DNA of 64,000 bases from Candidatus Aenigmatarchaeota archaeon (GTDB lineage: Archaea; Aenigmatarchaeota; Aenigmatarchaeia; QMZS01): positions 15,277 to 79,276 of the forward strand of contig JAFGCN010000027.1 in the NCBI GenBank assembly GCA_016932615.1. Direction: 5' to 3'. Below, piece after piece: positions 1 to 9,488 of this stretch (within the stretch, counting starts at the first letter, position 1; each line of letters opens with the position of its first letter). The notes beneath the pieces are model-generated. The model ran no database searches and was not told where the DNA came from. It was given only the letters and a program-made list of their open reading frames with translations. The position numbers and the translations under genes are program-made.

Positions 1-323
1 TCGCTATCTTTGCAGTTGTTTATAAGGCAGGACAGATAAATTCCATCCTCTTGAATATGTTTCCAGTTTCCACCAATCTTCCGGGCGACGATGGGGATTC
101 TTTCAGGAGGCAAATCTGTAGAGTACAATAAGTCCTTAGCGTTATCATAAAATGTGGCAACTTCAGCTTCCTCAAGGCCTCTCCCCCAAACGGGTCTAAT
201 TTCCTCTTCCAACATGTACTTTCTGAGCTCTCCCCTCCATTTAGAATAGTTCTGAAGCACTTCTCTTTCCTTAAGGCGGCTGGAAATGCCTTCTGTTAAT
301 CCCCCATATGTTTTGCTGGACAT
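1..323 (-). CDS. Hypothetical protein, partial. Its 3' end lies beyond the window start.
   Basis: Open minus-strand frame from the ATG at 321-323 to the window edge, about 107 codons with no stop (MSSKTYGGLTEGISSRLKEREVLQNYSKWRGEL...). It is not in the ORF track because it runs off the window. No recognisable family. Confidence 0.35.
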   Translation of the reverse strand, partial: MSSKTYGGLTEGISSRLKEREVLQNYSKWRGELRKYMLEEEIRPVWGRGLEEAEVATFYDNAKDLLYSTDLPPERIPIVARKIGGNWKHIQEDGIYLSCLINNCKDS

Positions 324-423
324 ATACGATAACTACACAAAAATGATTAATACTCATATTTGCAAGACTCTGGCGCCTATGCGCATTCTGGCTTGAAACC
401 AGCGGGCTAAAAAGTAGCTTGCT

Positions 424-433
424 ATATTAAAAT
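424..433 (+). promoter_or_regulatory. TATA-like box (tatattaaaa) about 15-24 nt upstream of the glyS ATG. This implies a leaderless or short-leader transcript.
   Basis: AT-rich TATA-like hexamer at the typical archaeal distance from the start codon at 447. Confidence 0.3.
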
Positions 434-446
434 CCCCATTTTTATT

Positions 447-2003
447 ATGGCGCAGGTAGAGAAAGAGAAGGTCGAAACACTCCAGAAAATTGCGAATTTA
501 TGCAAAAGGAGAGCGTTTGTTTTTCCTTCCTGCGAGATTTACGGCGGTTTTGCCGGGTTTTATGACTATGGCCCGCTTGGCTCCGAGATGAAGCTTAACC
601 TGAAGGAATCCTGGTGGAAGAGGTTTGTAAGAGGCAGGGAAGATGTTGTGGGGGTTGACGCCTGCACGGTAAACCACCCCCAGGTCTGGACCGCATCAGG
701 CCACGTCGACGGCTTTGCTGACCCGCTTGTGGACTGCAGGAAGTGCGGCTACAGGATACGTGCAGACCACCTGATTGAGGATGTTCTTGGAGTTTCAGCC
801 GACGGCTGGACTTTGGAGCAGTTCAACGAAAAGATAAGGGAGTGCAATCTTGTCTGCCCCAAGTGCAAGGGGGAACTGAGCCCTGCAAGAAAGTTCAACC
901 TGATGTTCAAGACTTTTGTCGGGCCAATCGAGGACGATGCGCACATAGCATACCTTCGCCCTGAAACCGCGCAGATGATTTTTACCAACTTCAAGTCCGT
1001 TGTCGAGACGGCAAGGGTAAAGCTTCCATTTGGAATCGCCCAGATGGGAAGGGCTTACCGAAACGAGATTTCGCCACGGGACTTTTTGTTTCGCTTGCGG
1101 GAATTCGAGCAGATGGAAATCGAGTTTTTTGTCCACCCAAAAAAGCTTGACGAGTGCCCATATCTCAAGGGCGATGTCCTGAAGTTTGAAGTGATGATTT
1201 ACAGCGCAGAAGCCCAGGAAAAGGAGGGCGAGCCGGTGAAAATGACAATTGGCTCTGCTGTTGAAAACAAGGTGATAAGCACGGGCTGGCACGCCTACTG
1301 GCTTTATGAGACTCTTAACTGGTTCTTGGAACTTGGCATTTCGCCTGAGAAGCTCCGTCTTCGCCAGCACTTGTCTGACGAGCGGGCGCACTATGCAGTG
1401 GACTGCTGGGACATAGAATACAAGTTCCCTTTCGGCTGGAAGGAAATACATGGCATGTCCAACAGGACTGACTTCGACTTGAAGCAGCACATAAAATTCA
1501 GCGGAAAAGACCTCACTTACTTTGAGGAGGAAACGCACGAAAAAGTCATACCTCATGTCATCGAGCCGTCACAGGGTCTTGACCGGGCGTTTTTGTCAGT
1601 CCTGATAGACGCTTACAGAGAGGATGGAGAACGGGTTTACCTTAAGCTTCACCCGACTTTAGCTCCAACAAAGATTGGCGTTTTCCCGATTGTCAAAAAA
1701 GACGGGCTTGCCGAGAAAGGAAGGGAAATTTACGAGTCCCTGAAGGATTGCTTTTCAAGCATGTACGACGACAAGGGAAGCATAGGGAAAAGGTACGCAA
1801 GGTCTGATGAGGTTGGAATTCCCATCTGCATCGCCGTGGATTATGACACGCTCAAGGATGATACCGTGACCCTGAGGGACAGGGACACGACAAAGCAAAT
1901 CAGGGTCCCGATAGCTGAGCTTAAGAGTATTTTGTGGGGCCTCCTCTACACAGGAGGGGACTTCGAAAAGGCGGGGGAAATCGCCGAGACGAGGAAGAAA
2001 TAA
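447..2003 (+). CDS. glyS: Glycyl-tRNA synthetase, archaeal/eukaryal-type class II (alpha2).
   Basis: The 518-aa ORF opens with FVFPSCEIYGGFAGFYDYGPLG. It carries class II motifs (FRLREFEQMEIEFF, GIAQMGRAYRNE) and a C-terminal anticodon-binding domain. Confidence 0.9.
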   Translation: MAQVEKEKVETLQKIANLCKRRAFVFPSCEIYGGFAGFYDYGPLGSEMKLNLKESWWKRFVRGREDVVGVDACTVNHPQVWTASGHVDGFADPLVDCRKCGYRIRADHLIEDVLGVSADGWTLEQFNEKIRECNLVCPKCKGELSPARKFNLMFKTFVGPIEDDAHIAYLRPETAQMIFTNFKSVVETARVKLPFGIAQMGRAYRNEISPRDFLFRLREFEQMEIEFFVHPKKLDECPYLKGDVLKFEVMIYSAEAQEKEGEPVKMTIGSAVENKVISTGWHAYWLYETLNWFLELGISPEKLRLRQHLSDERAHYAVDCWDIEYKFPFGWKEIHGMSNRTDFDLKQHIKFSGKDLTYFEEETHEKVIPHVIEPSQGLDRAFLSVLIDAYREDGERVYLKLHPTLAPTKIGVFPIVKKDGLAEKGREIYESLKDCFSSMYDDKGSIGKRYARSDEVGIPICIAVDYDTLKDDTVTLRDRDTTKQIRVPIAELKSILWGLLYTGGDFEKAGEIAETRKK

Positions 2004-2052
2004 ATCTGAAACTTAATATTTGCCTTGATAATTATTTTATCTACATATACTT

Positions 2053-3003
2053 ATGAACGCCAAGGAAATCGTGGCAAAAAAATGCGGGCTCGAGCCGGGC
2101 CACAGCATGTGCGCGGGCTGCGGAGTTCCGATAATTGTAAAGCAGATTCTTTCGTCGGTCGATAATCTTGTCGTTGCTAACGCGACCGGCTGCCTTGAGG
2201 TTGCAACAACCGCTTACCCTTACTCTTCCTGGAAAGTTCCCTGGATTCATAACGCTTTTGAAAACGCAGCGGCAACAATTTCCGGTGCGGAAGCTGCTTA
2301 TCAGGTCTTCAGGAGGAAAGGCAAGATAAAAAAGAAGATTAACTTCCTTGCAATAGGCGGCGACGGGGGCTTTTTTGACATTGGCCTTCAGTCCCTTTCA
2401 GGCGCCCTTGAGAGAGGACATGATTGTGTTTACATTGTTTACGACAACGAGGCCTACCAAAATACCGGAAGCCAGAGAAGCTCTGCAACCCCTCTTGGCG
2501 CAAGCTCCACGACAACCCCCGCCGGAAAGGTGAGCTACGGAAAGGAGGTTCCAAGAAAAGACCTTGCAAAGATTGCGATTGCCCACAATATACCCTATGT
2601 AGCGCAGATGGCGCTTCACAACTACGCAGACCTTACCAGAAAGGTAAAAACCGCCTTTGAAAACACCCCTGCTGTTCTTGTGGTGCTCCAACCGTGCCCC
2701 ACAAACTGGAAATTCGACTCCGGAAGGACAGTCGAGCTTTCAAAGCTTGCCGCCGAAACCTGCTACTGGCCGCTTTACGAGTACAACCGGGGAGTTTACA
2801 AGATAAATTACGTCCCCAAGAGAAAGGCGCCTGTTGAGGAATTCCTGAGGATGCAGGGGCGCTTCAGGCACCTTCTGACCGAACAAAACCGCCATGTGGT
2901 CGAGAAAATCCAGGAGGAAGTCGACAAAAACTGGGAAAACCTGCAGAAATTGGAGGAATTTACCAGGGTTTCCACCTCTGAAGCCATAGAAGAAATTAAT
3001 TAA
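2053..3003 (+). CDS. porB: 2-oxoacid:ferredoxin oxidoreductase beta subunit (TPP-binding, PorB-like).
   Basis: N-terminal Cys cluster CAGCG...ATGC, a TPP motif (AIGGDGGFFDIG) and YDNEAYQNTG. The length of 316 aa is typical. No alpha or gamma subunit is seen in the window. Confidence 0.7.
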   Translation: MNAKEIVAKKCGLEPGHSMCAGCGVPIIVKQILSSVDNLVVANATGCLEVATTAYPYSSWKVPWIHNAFENAAATISGAEAAYQVFRRKGKIKKKINFLAIGGDGGFFDIGLQSLSGALERGHDCVYIVYDNEAYQNTGSQRSSATPLGASSTTTPAGKVSYGKEVPRKDLAKIAIAHNIPYVAQMALHNYADLTRKVKTAFENTPAVLVVLQPCPTNWKFDSGRTVELSKLAAETCYWPLYEYNRGVYKINYVPKRKAPVEEFLRMQGRFRHLLTEQNRHVVEKIQEEVDKNWENLQKLEEFTRVSTSEAIEEIN

Positions 3004-3022
3004 AACTTATACAGCACTATTT

Positions 3023-3169
3023 ATGGCAGAAAAGAAAACCCATGAAACTCCAGCTACCTGCAGGAGATGCGGATGCACCACAGGAGTGATATCTAAATAC
3101 AAGCTTTTCTACTGTAGGCACTGCTTCAGGCAGGTCGCCCAGAGAATTGGGTTTAAGAAGTATAATTAG
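3023..3169 (+). CDS. rps14: Ribosomal protein uS14, zinc-binding type Z (S29e-like).
   Basis: A 48-aa ORF not in the track: MAEKKTHETPATCRRCGCTTGVISKYKLFYCRHCFRQVAQRIGFKKYN. It has a CxxC...CxxC zinc ribbon and the conserved FRxxAxxxGFxKY C-terminus. Confidence 0.75.
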   Translation: MAEKKTHETPATCRRCGCTTGVISKYKLFYCRHCFRQVAQRIGFKKYN

Positions 3170-3435
3170 GTCTTATCTGCGATTTTTACTAGCTTATCCG
3201 TCAGTTCCATAAATAATCCCTTTGCCTTTTCCCGGTTCTCCTCGTCGTAGGGAATCCATAGGGAAGCAACCTCTTCAGCCATTTCCCTGATTCGTTTCAT
3301 CTCCTGGTTGAGCTTCTTGCACTTTCTAAGCTCCATTATGATACTGGCGCAGACCCCATCCGGCTCGATGTCGGTTCGTTCGACAAGTGCCAGAAATTTT
3401 TCAGCAAGTTCCCTTTCTTTTTCTGTGCAGACCAT
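3166..3435 (-). CDS. Hypothetical small protein, possibly starting at the internal Met (MVCTEKERELAEKF...).
   Basis: ORF 3166-3513. The shorter version avoids overlap with the downstream gene. Charged helical sequence, no family recognised. Confidence 0.3.
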   Translation of the reverse strand: MVCTEKERELAEKFLALVERTDIEPDGVCASIIMELRKCKKLNQEMKRIREMAEEVASLWIPYDEENREKAKGLFMELTDKLVKIADKT

Positions 3436-3454
3436 AAATACAGAAAGCCAAACC

Positions 3455-4060
3455 TTATTCAAGCACAGGATAAACGTAATTGACAAAGCCGATGACCACC
3501 ATTGCTGTTCCAAACTTCTTTTTGGGGACGAAGCTTTCCGCCAGGAGCTTTATGTTTTTTAGCTCGTACTTTTCCGAAAACCCGTTGAAATACAATTCTT
3601 CTATGCTTGAGCGAAGCTGCTTTTCTGCCTCCGCTTCAGGCAGGTCGCCGTTGTACTCGCAGACAAGCCCGCCGAACTTTTCTCCGGTTTTCCTGTCATA
3701 AAGCCAGCCGAAAATTATCGCGGCAGTTGCGCGCGTTCCTTTCTCGGCAGTTGAAACCGCCATTATGGTTTCCATGACCGAGCCGTGGGCAAGCTCGTTT
3801 GGCCGCTCGATTTCTCTTGCTATTCCTGGAAGGATGGACGAGTAAGTCATGATGTTGCACATTTCAATTCCGGCATCCTTGAGGGCGAGGTGGTACGAGC
3901 CGGCGTGGACCGTTATGTCGCTTTCGCCCTTTCCCTGGGTCGTAAAAAAGTCCTTTGGAATTCTGCACCCTATGAGCGGTCCGTTTAGCTGCGCCTTCTT
4001 TTCATTGCTAGTTTCACCAGCACAAAAAGTTTTTCCCGTCATCTTTAGCGCAACATACAA
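3455..4060 (-). CDS. pdaD: Pyruvoyl-dependent arginine decarboxylase.
   Basis: FFTTQGKGESDITVHAGSYHLALKDAGIEMCNIMTYSSILP matches the PdaD core, including the serine in the GES motif that forms the pyruvoyl group. The true start is probably the Met at 4042. Confidence 0.7.
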   Translation of the reverse strand: MYVALKMTGKTFCAGETSNEKKAQLNGPLIGCRIPKDFFTTQGKGESDITVHAGSYHLALKDAGIEMCNIMTYSSILPGIAREIERPNELAHGSVMETIMAVSTAEKGTRATAAIIFGWLYDRKTGEKFGGLVCEYNGDLPEAEAEKQLRSSIEELYFNGFSEKYELKNIKLLAESFVPKKKFGTAMVVIGFVNYVYPVLE

Positions 4061-4147
4061 ATATGATTATGCGTAAATTGATTTAAAATTAAAATCGGAT
4101 TCTGCTTGCCAAATAGCTCCACTACAGCATATTTCCTGAAAAGTCGC

Positions 4148-5827
4148 TTACCTCATCTTGCCTGCTTCCCATTCCTTCATCTTGCCCTTTCCTACGGCCT
4201 GCCCTCCGATGAATCCGTGCTGCTCTTCCACGACCTGCAAGAGCCCCTTTATCGGGTCCATGAAGTGCTCCTGGATTTGGGTTTCCTGCATCTTGATGGC
4301 CGAATCCTCCAGCCCGTAAAAATGTAGATTTTCGGGCTCGGAAAGCTTTTCGGGGGGAACATCTTTTCGGAGAAACTCCACGTTTTTCTTGAGGGACATC
4401 GTGCTCTGGTCAACAGGGTCGCCGCCGACGCCGCCGGCTCTCTCGAAAATTATGAATCTAGTTTCGCTTTCGTCAAAGCCCCTTTTCCTGAGCATATACA
4501 TCCACCTGTAGAGCTGCTCCTGCTGCTCGGAGCCAAGGTAGATTGGGACGTGAGCCGGGCCAAGCGGAGTGGGCCAGCCGACGTGAAGCGTGTTCACATA
4601 CCTTGCGCTTCCAGAGCCCATTTCTTCTATGAACTTGTCAGGGTCAAGCTCGGCTCCAAGGCAGTGCTCAAAGTCGATTGCAGTCCTAAACCACTTGCAC
4701 CCTGCCTTTTCCATCTCCCTGCAAAGTATCACAAAGTGCGCGGGGTTGGCAGCTCTTGGCAGGTCCTCCATTCCTGACTTCATTGTTTCGGTCTCGATTA
4801 CGAATGGGATTTGGTATTGGCTTAGGAAGGGTTTAGGGTCCTTGAAGCAGTGCTCACCGCACTTCCCTTTTGCCTCTTCCGGGAAAAAATGCCCCCAGAT
4901 ATACTTCAGCGAAACTGCCGGGACCCAGATGTAAGGGTCGTTTTTCACGTTTTCCATCTTTTTGCCTTTTGTAATGTCTTTCCAGAGCGGGTCGCCCTTG
5001 TCGGACATCCACTTTCCAATCGAGAGATATGCCAGTCTTTCAGGGCCATAGCTAAGCTCAGATCTTTTTAGCTTTTCTACAGTATAGAACTTTACAATTT
5101 CTGGAGCGGATTTCTCAATAAGCTTTTTTATCCTTTCGTCAACCCTCTTCTGGAATTCCTGCAATAGTTTCTGAGCCTGTTCGGGTGGCGTTGACTGTGT
5201 AATAGTTTTCCCTTCTTTGTCCATTTCAGCTTTTACTTCTTCCTTGGCCTTTGGGCTGTATTTTTCTGGGTTCCGGGGATCTTCTATGATGTCTTCCACA
5301 GTGCTTCCTGCAACTATCCTTATCTCTTCCTGGTGTATGAGCCAGTTGAAGACATTCTCGTTTTCCTGCAGGAAAATCCAGAGCGGCCTTCCCCAGATAT
5401 CAACTACCTGAGTTGACTGGAAGTCTTTACCAAGCCAGCCATAGGGCTTGGTTTCAGAGGCGTGCTGAAGAAGGTACATTGCTTTTGCCTTGCCGCTTCT
5501 CTCTATATCACGAAGGAGGCATGCGTGCGTCCTTTCCCAGTCTTCTTTTACAGCCGAATCCAGGAGGATTCCGTTTGCGCCCATTGCAGTGGAGAGGCCG
5601 TGTATTCCGTAATGGATATTCATCTCCCTTAGCTGCTCTAGCTTTTTCATGACTCCTGGCGCAAGAAACTCTGCGGAAGTTTCGAGGTCAATCTGTGTAA
5701 ATGTAACGCCCTTAAATGCAGTATAAAAGCCCTTCTGGGCAAGGTCAATCTGGCCTATCTTTTCCTGCGGAGACGCCATGCTGAAAACCCCGGAGCTTAC
5801 GCCTATGGTATAACCCAGATTGGCCAT
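4148..5827 (-). CDS. Hypothetical 559-aa protein, possibly with two xylose-isomerase-like TIM-barrel halves.
   Basis: Long uninterrupted ORF with conserved-looking His/Glu-rich segments (IDFEHC, HVGW). The family assignment is only tentative. Confidence 0.45.
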   Translation of the reverse strand: MANLGYTIGVSSGVFSMASPQEKIGQIDLAQKGFYTAFKGVTFTQIDLETSAEFLAPGVMKKLEQLREMNIHYGIHGLSTAMGANGILLDSAVKEDWERTHACLLRDIERSGKAKAMYLLQHASETKPYGWLGKDFQSTQVVDIWGRPLWIFLQENENVFNWLIHQEEIRIVAGSTVEDIIEDPRNPEKYSPKAKEEVKAEMDKEGKTITQSTPPEQAQKLLQEFQKRVDERIKKLIEKSAPEIVKFYTVEKLKRSELSYGPERLAYLSIGKWMSDKGDPLWKDITKGKKMENVKNDPYIWVPAVSLKYIWGHFFPEEAKGKCGEHCFKDPKPFLSQYQIPFVIETETMKSGMEDLPRAANPAHFVILCREMEKAGCKWFRTAIDFEHCLGAELDPDKFIEEMGSGSARYVNTLHVGWPTPLGPAHVPIYLGSEQQEQLYRWMYMLRKRGFDESETRFIIFERAGGVGGDPVDQSTMSLKKNVEFLRKDVPPEKLSEPENLHFYGLEDSAIKMQETQIQEHFMDPIKGLLQVVEEQHGFIGGQAVGKGKMKEWEAGKMR

Positions 5828-5889
5828 AATTATACTAGATATTATCTATTTTTTGGAAAACCTTCTTAAACCGCCAAAAATCATTTCTT

Positions 5890-6219
5890 TCAGTCGTTTA
5901 GCGCCTGTATTATCTCGCCTCTTGACTTTAAAACGGTAATGCCTCCCTTTTTGAGCTTACCTATGAGCTGCTTGTCAAGCGTTGCTACGCTGCACCTGTA
6001 TTTTGAAGCCGCCTCGACAATCGACAGGTCTGCATTTTTTGCCTCAGTTTCTACGACTTTTACGCCTTCGACAAGGGTAAGGAGAACTTTTTCATTTTCC
6101 TCCCCCGCAAGCCGCTTTATTTCTCCAAGCACTGGGCCGGTGAACGCTATCTGGCTCTTGTGGAAAAACAAGGGTATTTTTTTGTACTCCAAAGCAACAT
6201 TTGCGTCAACCAGTATCAT
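5890..6219 (-). CDS. PIN-domain protein (Fcf1/VapC-like).
   Basis: 109 aa. N-terminal MILVDANV and C-terminal CSVATLDKQL resemble the acidic-residue quartet of PIN domains. Confidence 0.45.
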   Translation of the reverse strand: MILVDANVALEYKKIPLFFHKSQIAFTGPVLGEIKRLAGEENEKVLLTLVEGVKVVETEAKNADLSIVEAASKYRCSVATLDKQLIGKLKKGGITVLKSRGEIIQALND

Positions 6220-6254
6220 AACTTTAGGTATTGGCTAATAAGTAAGAAGCGCTT

Positions 6255-6659
6255 TTACATTGCGTAAGTAACTGAGCATTTGTTTTTAAGGCACTGTGGG
6301 AAGAAGTCGCACCGGATGTCTTCGGGCGTAATATCCGGGCAGGAAAACTCCTTGCACTCAGGCACCAGTTTTTTATTCCAGTAATCAGCATATTTTGCGT
6401 TTATTGCAATGGAGCTTCCGCCAAGCTCGCAGCCGCAGCAGTCTCCGTTAACCATCAGGCAGTCGCTGTCTGACTCGCATGCATAGAGCTCTTCTTCTGA
6501 GGGATCAAGGTCCTGGCTTGAATTGTCCGGCTTTTGCACATCGTCAGTTGATTTAAGGGAAATAAAGGCGAAAAAGCCGATTGCAATCAGGACGACCCCG
6601 GAAATGACAATGAATTTCAAAACCTTTTCAGGGTCTTTCCTCATAAAGTTATATCTCAT
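6255..6659 (-). CDS. Small membrane-anchored cysteine-rich protein.
   Basis: N-terminal TM helix (FIVISGVVLIAIGFFAFISL) followed by an approximately 90-aa ectodomain with 14 Cys. Confidence 0.5.
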   Translation of the reverse strand: MRYNFMRKDPEKVLKFIVISGVVLIAIGFFAFISLKSTDDVQKPDNSSQDLDPSEEELYACESDSDCLMVNGDCCGCELGGSSIAINAKYADYWNKKLVPECKEFSCPDITPEDIRCDFFPQCLKNKCSVTYAM

Positions 6660-6681
6660 AATATATATTCCCTGCTCCCAC

Positions 6682-7443
6682 TTAATCCCTGCAGAAATGC
6701 TTGCTTAAGTCCCAGACATTCTGGAATATGTGGTCTGGGTTTTCTTTTCTGAGGTGGTGGTCGAGGCCCGTTCCGCAAAGAATGGCTGCCGAAAGGCATC
6801 CTGCATCTTTGGCGGCGCGTATGTCGACTGCTGAGTCTCCAGTGTGCAGAGTTTCCTCAGGACCCATACCTAGAGAGTCCATGAGCTTTTTTATGCCTTC
6901 TCCTGACGGCTTGTTGCCGGGCAGGTCCTCTTTTGCAACTATTCCGGAAAATCCCTCCAGGCCAAGGTGATTTAGGTCTCGCCTGACAGTTTCAATCCCG
7001 GAGTTTGTAAGTATTGCAACCTTGTAATTTTTGCTTTTGAGTAGGTCAATTGCCCCAACTCCATAAGGGTAGACCTCTATGAGTTGTCGCGCCATGCTGG
7101 TTGTAAGAAACTTTGTGCTTATCTCGCAGATTTTCTCTATTCTTGCCCTGTCGGCGTCATTTAGGTTGTTTTGTGTCATGTAGTCCAGCTCTTTTTCGGC
7201 ATCGGGGTTTGAGAGAATTTCATTTATGTCTTTTTTGAGCATGCTGATGGCGTAAAGCGCTTCAATTAGCTTTAAGCGGGAGTTGTACTTTCCAACCCCC
7301 ATCAGGTTCCAGACTTCCTTTGTCTTGTAAGGGTATCTCTGGCCTATAGAAATAAAACCCGAGGAAATGCCTTCGCTTATGGCTTTAGATGAATCTCTAA
7401 ATGAGCCGTCTACGTCGAAAATAAATAGCTTGGGTTTTGCCAT
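6682..7443 (-). CDS. HAD-superfamily hydrolase (phosphatase).
   Basis: N-terminal FIFDVDGS motif I, and a downstream GDS.D motif (HTGDSAVDIRAA). Confidence 0.7.
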   Translation of the reverse strand: MAKPKLFIFDVDGSFRDSSKAISEGISSGFISIGQRYPYKTKEVWNLMGVGKYNSRLKLIEALYAISMLKKDINEILSNPDAEKELDYMTQNNLNDADRARIEKICEISTKFLTTSMARQLIEVYPYGVGAIDLLKSKNYKVAILTNSGIETVRRDLNHLGLEGFSGIVAKEDLPGNKPSGEGIKKLMDSLGMGPEETLHTGDSAVDIRAAKDAGCLSAAILCGTGLDHHLRKENPDHIFQNVWDLSKHFCRD

Positions 7444-7514
7444 AAGTATATTGGCTGCAAGATATATTTACGGTTTTATGATTTCAAAATTGAGCCTTTC
7501 CTGGGGTTCCCTAC

Positions 7515-7814
7515 TTATTTATGCTCCATCTTTATGGCTTTGACCGGGCATTCCAGAGCGCAGATTCCGCAGCCTTTGCAGTGTGTCAGGTCTGTCTCGA
7601 GCCGCTTTCCATCCTTCTCCGGAATGCAGCTTTCGGGGCAGTAGAGTGCGCAAAGCATGCAATTAACGCATTTTTTCTTGTCCCATACGGGCTTTACGGA
7701 ACTCCAGCTTCCAGTATTTCGGGTTCTTGAAATGGACTGTGGAATTACGGCTCCCTCAGGAAGGGCTTTCCATCCGGGCTTCTTGAAGGGGGCCTGCTTT
7801 TTCTTAGCTGCCAT
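7515..7814 (-). CDS. porD: 4Fe-4S ferredoxin, PorD-like (oxidoreductase delta subunit).
   Basis: Two CxxCxxCxxxCP-type clusters (CVNCMLCALYCPESC and CKGCGICALECP) and a basic N-terminal extension typical of PorD. Confidence 0.65.
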   Translation of the reverse strand: MAAKKKQAPFKKPGWKALPEGAVIPQSISRTRNTGSWSSVKPVWDKKKCVNCMLCALYCPESCIPEKDGKRLETDLTHCKGCGICALECPVKAIKMEHK

Positions 7815-7837
7815 AATAAATATCTATACCTAACTTA

Positions 7838-8386
7838 TTACTTGAGATACTTCACCATTGTTATCTGGTCATAATATTTTCCGTTTCTTTTGAGTGCCCG
7901 TTTTATGGTTCCCGCTTCCCTAAAGCCCATCTTTTTGTAAAGCCCGATTGCCGCCTTGTTTTGGGAAAACCCCTGAAGTTCGAGCATTTCAATTCTGAGG
8001 CGCTTTTTTGCCTCTTTGATTATTTCTTCCATCAGCGCCTGCCCCAGGCCTTTTCCGCGAAGAGCTTTGTCGAGGTTTATTCCCAGTTCCCCGACATGGC
8101 TTTTGACGCCTGTCTTTTTGTCTACCTTTGCTTCTCCGAAGATTCTGCCCTCATGCTCCACCAGCAGGAGGACTTTTGTTTTCCCTTCAATTCTTTTGAG
8201 GGTGGCTGCAGTATGCTCCATCTCTTCACTTGTGCTGCTTTTCCGGTCAGAGCCAATCATTGCGCCTTCCGCTATAAGCCGGTTGAAATATTTTCTCGTT
8301 TCAGGGTAGTCTTCAAAACAGGGGTAGCGGAAAGTGTATTTTTTCCCATCACTCTCAATAACCCTGACAACTTTGCCGCAGAGCAT
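7838..8386 (-). CDS. GNAT family N-acetyltransferase.
   Basis: Acetyl-CoA binding motif A (LRGKGLGQALMEEII) and a GNAT-fold tail (GLYKKMGFRE). Confidence 0.7.
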   Translation of the reverse strand: MLCGKVVRVIESDGKKYTFRYPCFEDYPETRKYFNRLIAEGAMIGSDRKSSTSEEMEHTAATLKRIEGKTKVLLLVEHEGRIFGEAKVDKKTGVKSHVGELGINLDKALRGKGLGQALMEEIIKEAKKRLRIEMLELQGFSQNKAAIGLYKKMGFREAGTIKRALKRNGKYYDQITMVKYLK

Positions 8387-8408
8387 AACCTAATATCAAA
8401 CTCTGCTA

Positions 8409-8759
8409 TTATTTGCGCCTGCTGCAGGGATTTTTGCCTTTTGCAAGATTCCTGAGGGTGTTTAGCCCGAAGAGCTCCATCACAAGGATTGAGGCTCCAA
8501 ATAGGTAAGTATCATAGATGCTTCTGCCGTAAACGTTCATAAGTTCCACTGGTGGCTGGTGGAGATAACAGTTGGCAATAGGTAGCCCGCCAAGAACTAT
8601 GGCGCCCGCAGCAACTCCCTTGGAAACATACGCCTTTGGAGTGAGCTGGGCCATTTCCGATTTGGCCTGTATAAACCGGTTTGCAGAATCCCTGTACTGT
8701 CCAAGCCGCTCAAACATAATTCTTAAAAACGCCTTTCTAGAAAACCCGCTTAAACTCAA
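8409..8759 (-). CDS. Hypothetical protein.
   Basis: 116-aa ORF with a hydrophobic segment. It overlaps the next gene by 23 nt. No family recognised. Confidence 0.3.
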   Translation of the reverse strand: MSLSGFSRKAFLRIMFERLGQYRDSANRFIQAKSEMAQLTPKAYVSKGVAAGAIVLGGLPIANCYLHQPPVELMNVYGRSIYDTYLFGASILVMELFGLNTLRNLAKGKNPCSRRK

Positions 8760-9375
8760 CCTTCTCGACAGGAACGTATTTTTTCATAAGTTCCGCCACT
8801 CTTTGCTTCAGGGCTTCCGGAAGCTGGGTTTTCTCCTCGATTACTGCTACTTTCTCCTCAACCTTTACCGGGGCATCCTTGCAGAAGAATTCCGATATCG
8901 CCGCGGCTTTTTCAGGCGCGCCTTCGAGCTTCTTGTTGACTTTTACGACATACTCCACGTCCCTTCCCGCAAGGGGATTGTTGAAGTCAATCCTTACCCT
9001 TCCGGAGTTTACTGACTGGATTTTTGCCTTTACCTCGCCCATATCAAGAATCATTCCCGGGTAAGGCATAATCTTCTGCCGCCTCAACTCCGACTCGGAC
9101 ACGACTTTTATGAGGTCTGCCTTTCTTTCGCCAAACGCGTCTTTTGCCTCAAGCTCTATTTTTTTCTCCTCGCCCACTTTCATCTGCCTTATGGCATCTT
9201 CAAGACCTTTTATCACAAAGCCCTCGCCCATTATAATTTTGAGCGGACCGTAGCGGGCGTCCTTGTTGTAAATGTCCTTTTCTTTTGCAAGCGATTCGCT
9301 TGTAAGGTCAAAAATCTCTCCGGTGTCCTTTAAAGTCCCGGTATATTCGATTTCCACAAAGTCTCCGTCCTGCAT
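8737..9375 (-). CDS. FKBP-type peptidyl-prolyl cis-trans isomerase, long archaeal SlyD-like form with an inserted-flap domain.
   Basis: N-terminus GDFVEIEYTGTLKDTGEIFD, plus an FKBP core, an IF-domain insert and a C-terminal extension. Confidence 0.8.
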   Translation of the reverse strand: MQDGDFVEIEYTGTLKDTGEIFDLTSESLAKEKDIYNKDARYGPLKIIMGEGFVIKGLEDAIRQMKVGEEKKIELEAKDAFGERKADLIKVVSESELRRQKIMPYPGMILDMGEVKAKIQSVNSGRVRIDFNNPLAGRDVEYVVKVNKKLEGAPEKAAAISEFFCKDAPVKVEEKVAVIEEKTQLPEALKQRVAELMKKYVPVEKVEFKRVF

Positions 9376-9488
9376 AACAAGACTTTGAAAAGTTTTAATT
9401 AGCCAGAAGCTCGCCAGGAAGGCATCTTGACAATTCGGGCTGGATTTTGCCGACAGGTGTATTATTTTTAGGAAATGGGTCTTAAATT

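Noticed and set aside
749-1556. Antisense ORFs 749-994 and 795-1556 inside glyS. Similar long antisense or shadow ORFs also occur inside ileS, the giant Cys-rich gene, glnN, gatA and others.
   Set aside because: Each lies entirely within a much longer ORF on the opposite strand that has clear family signatures. Their compositions are low-complexity, typical of shadow frames.
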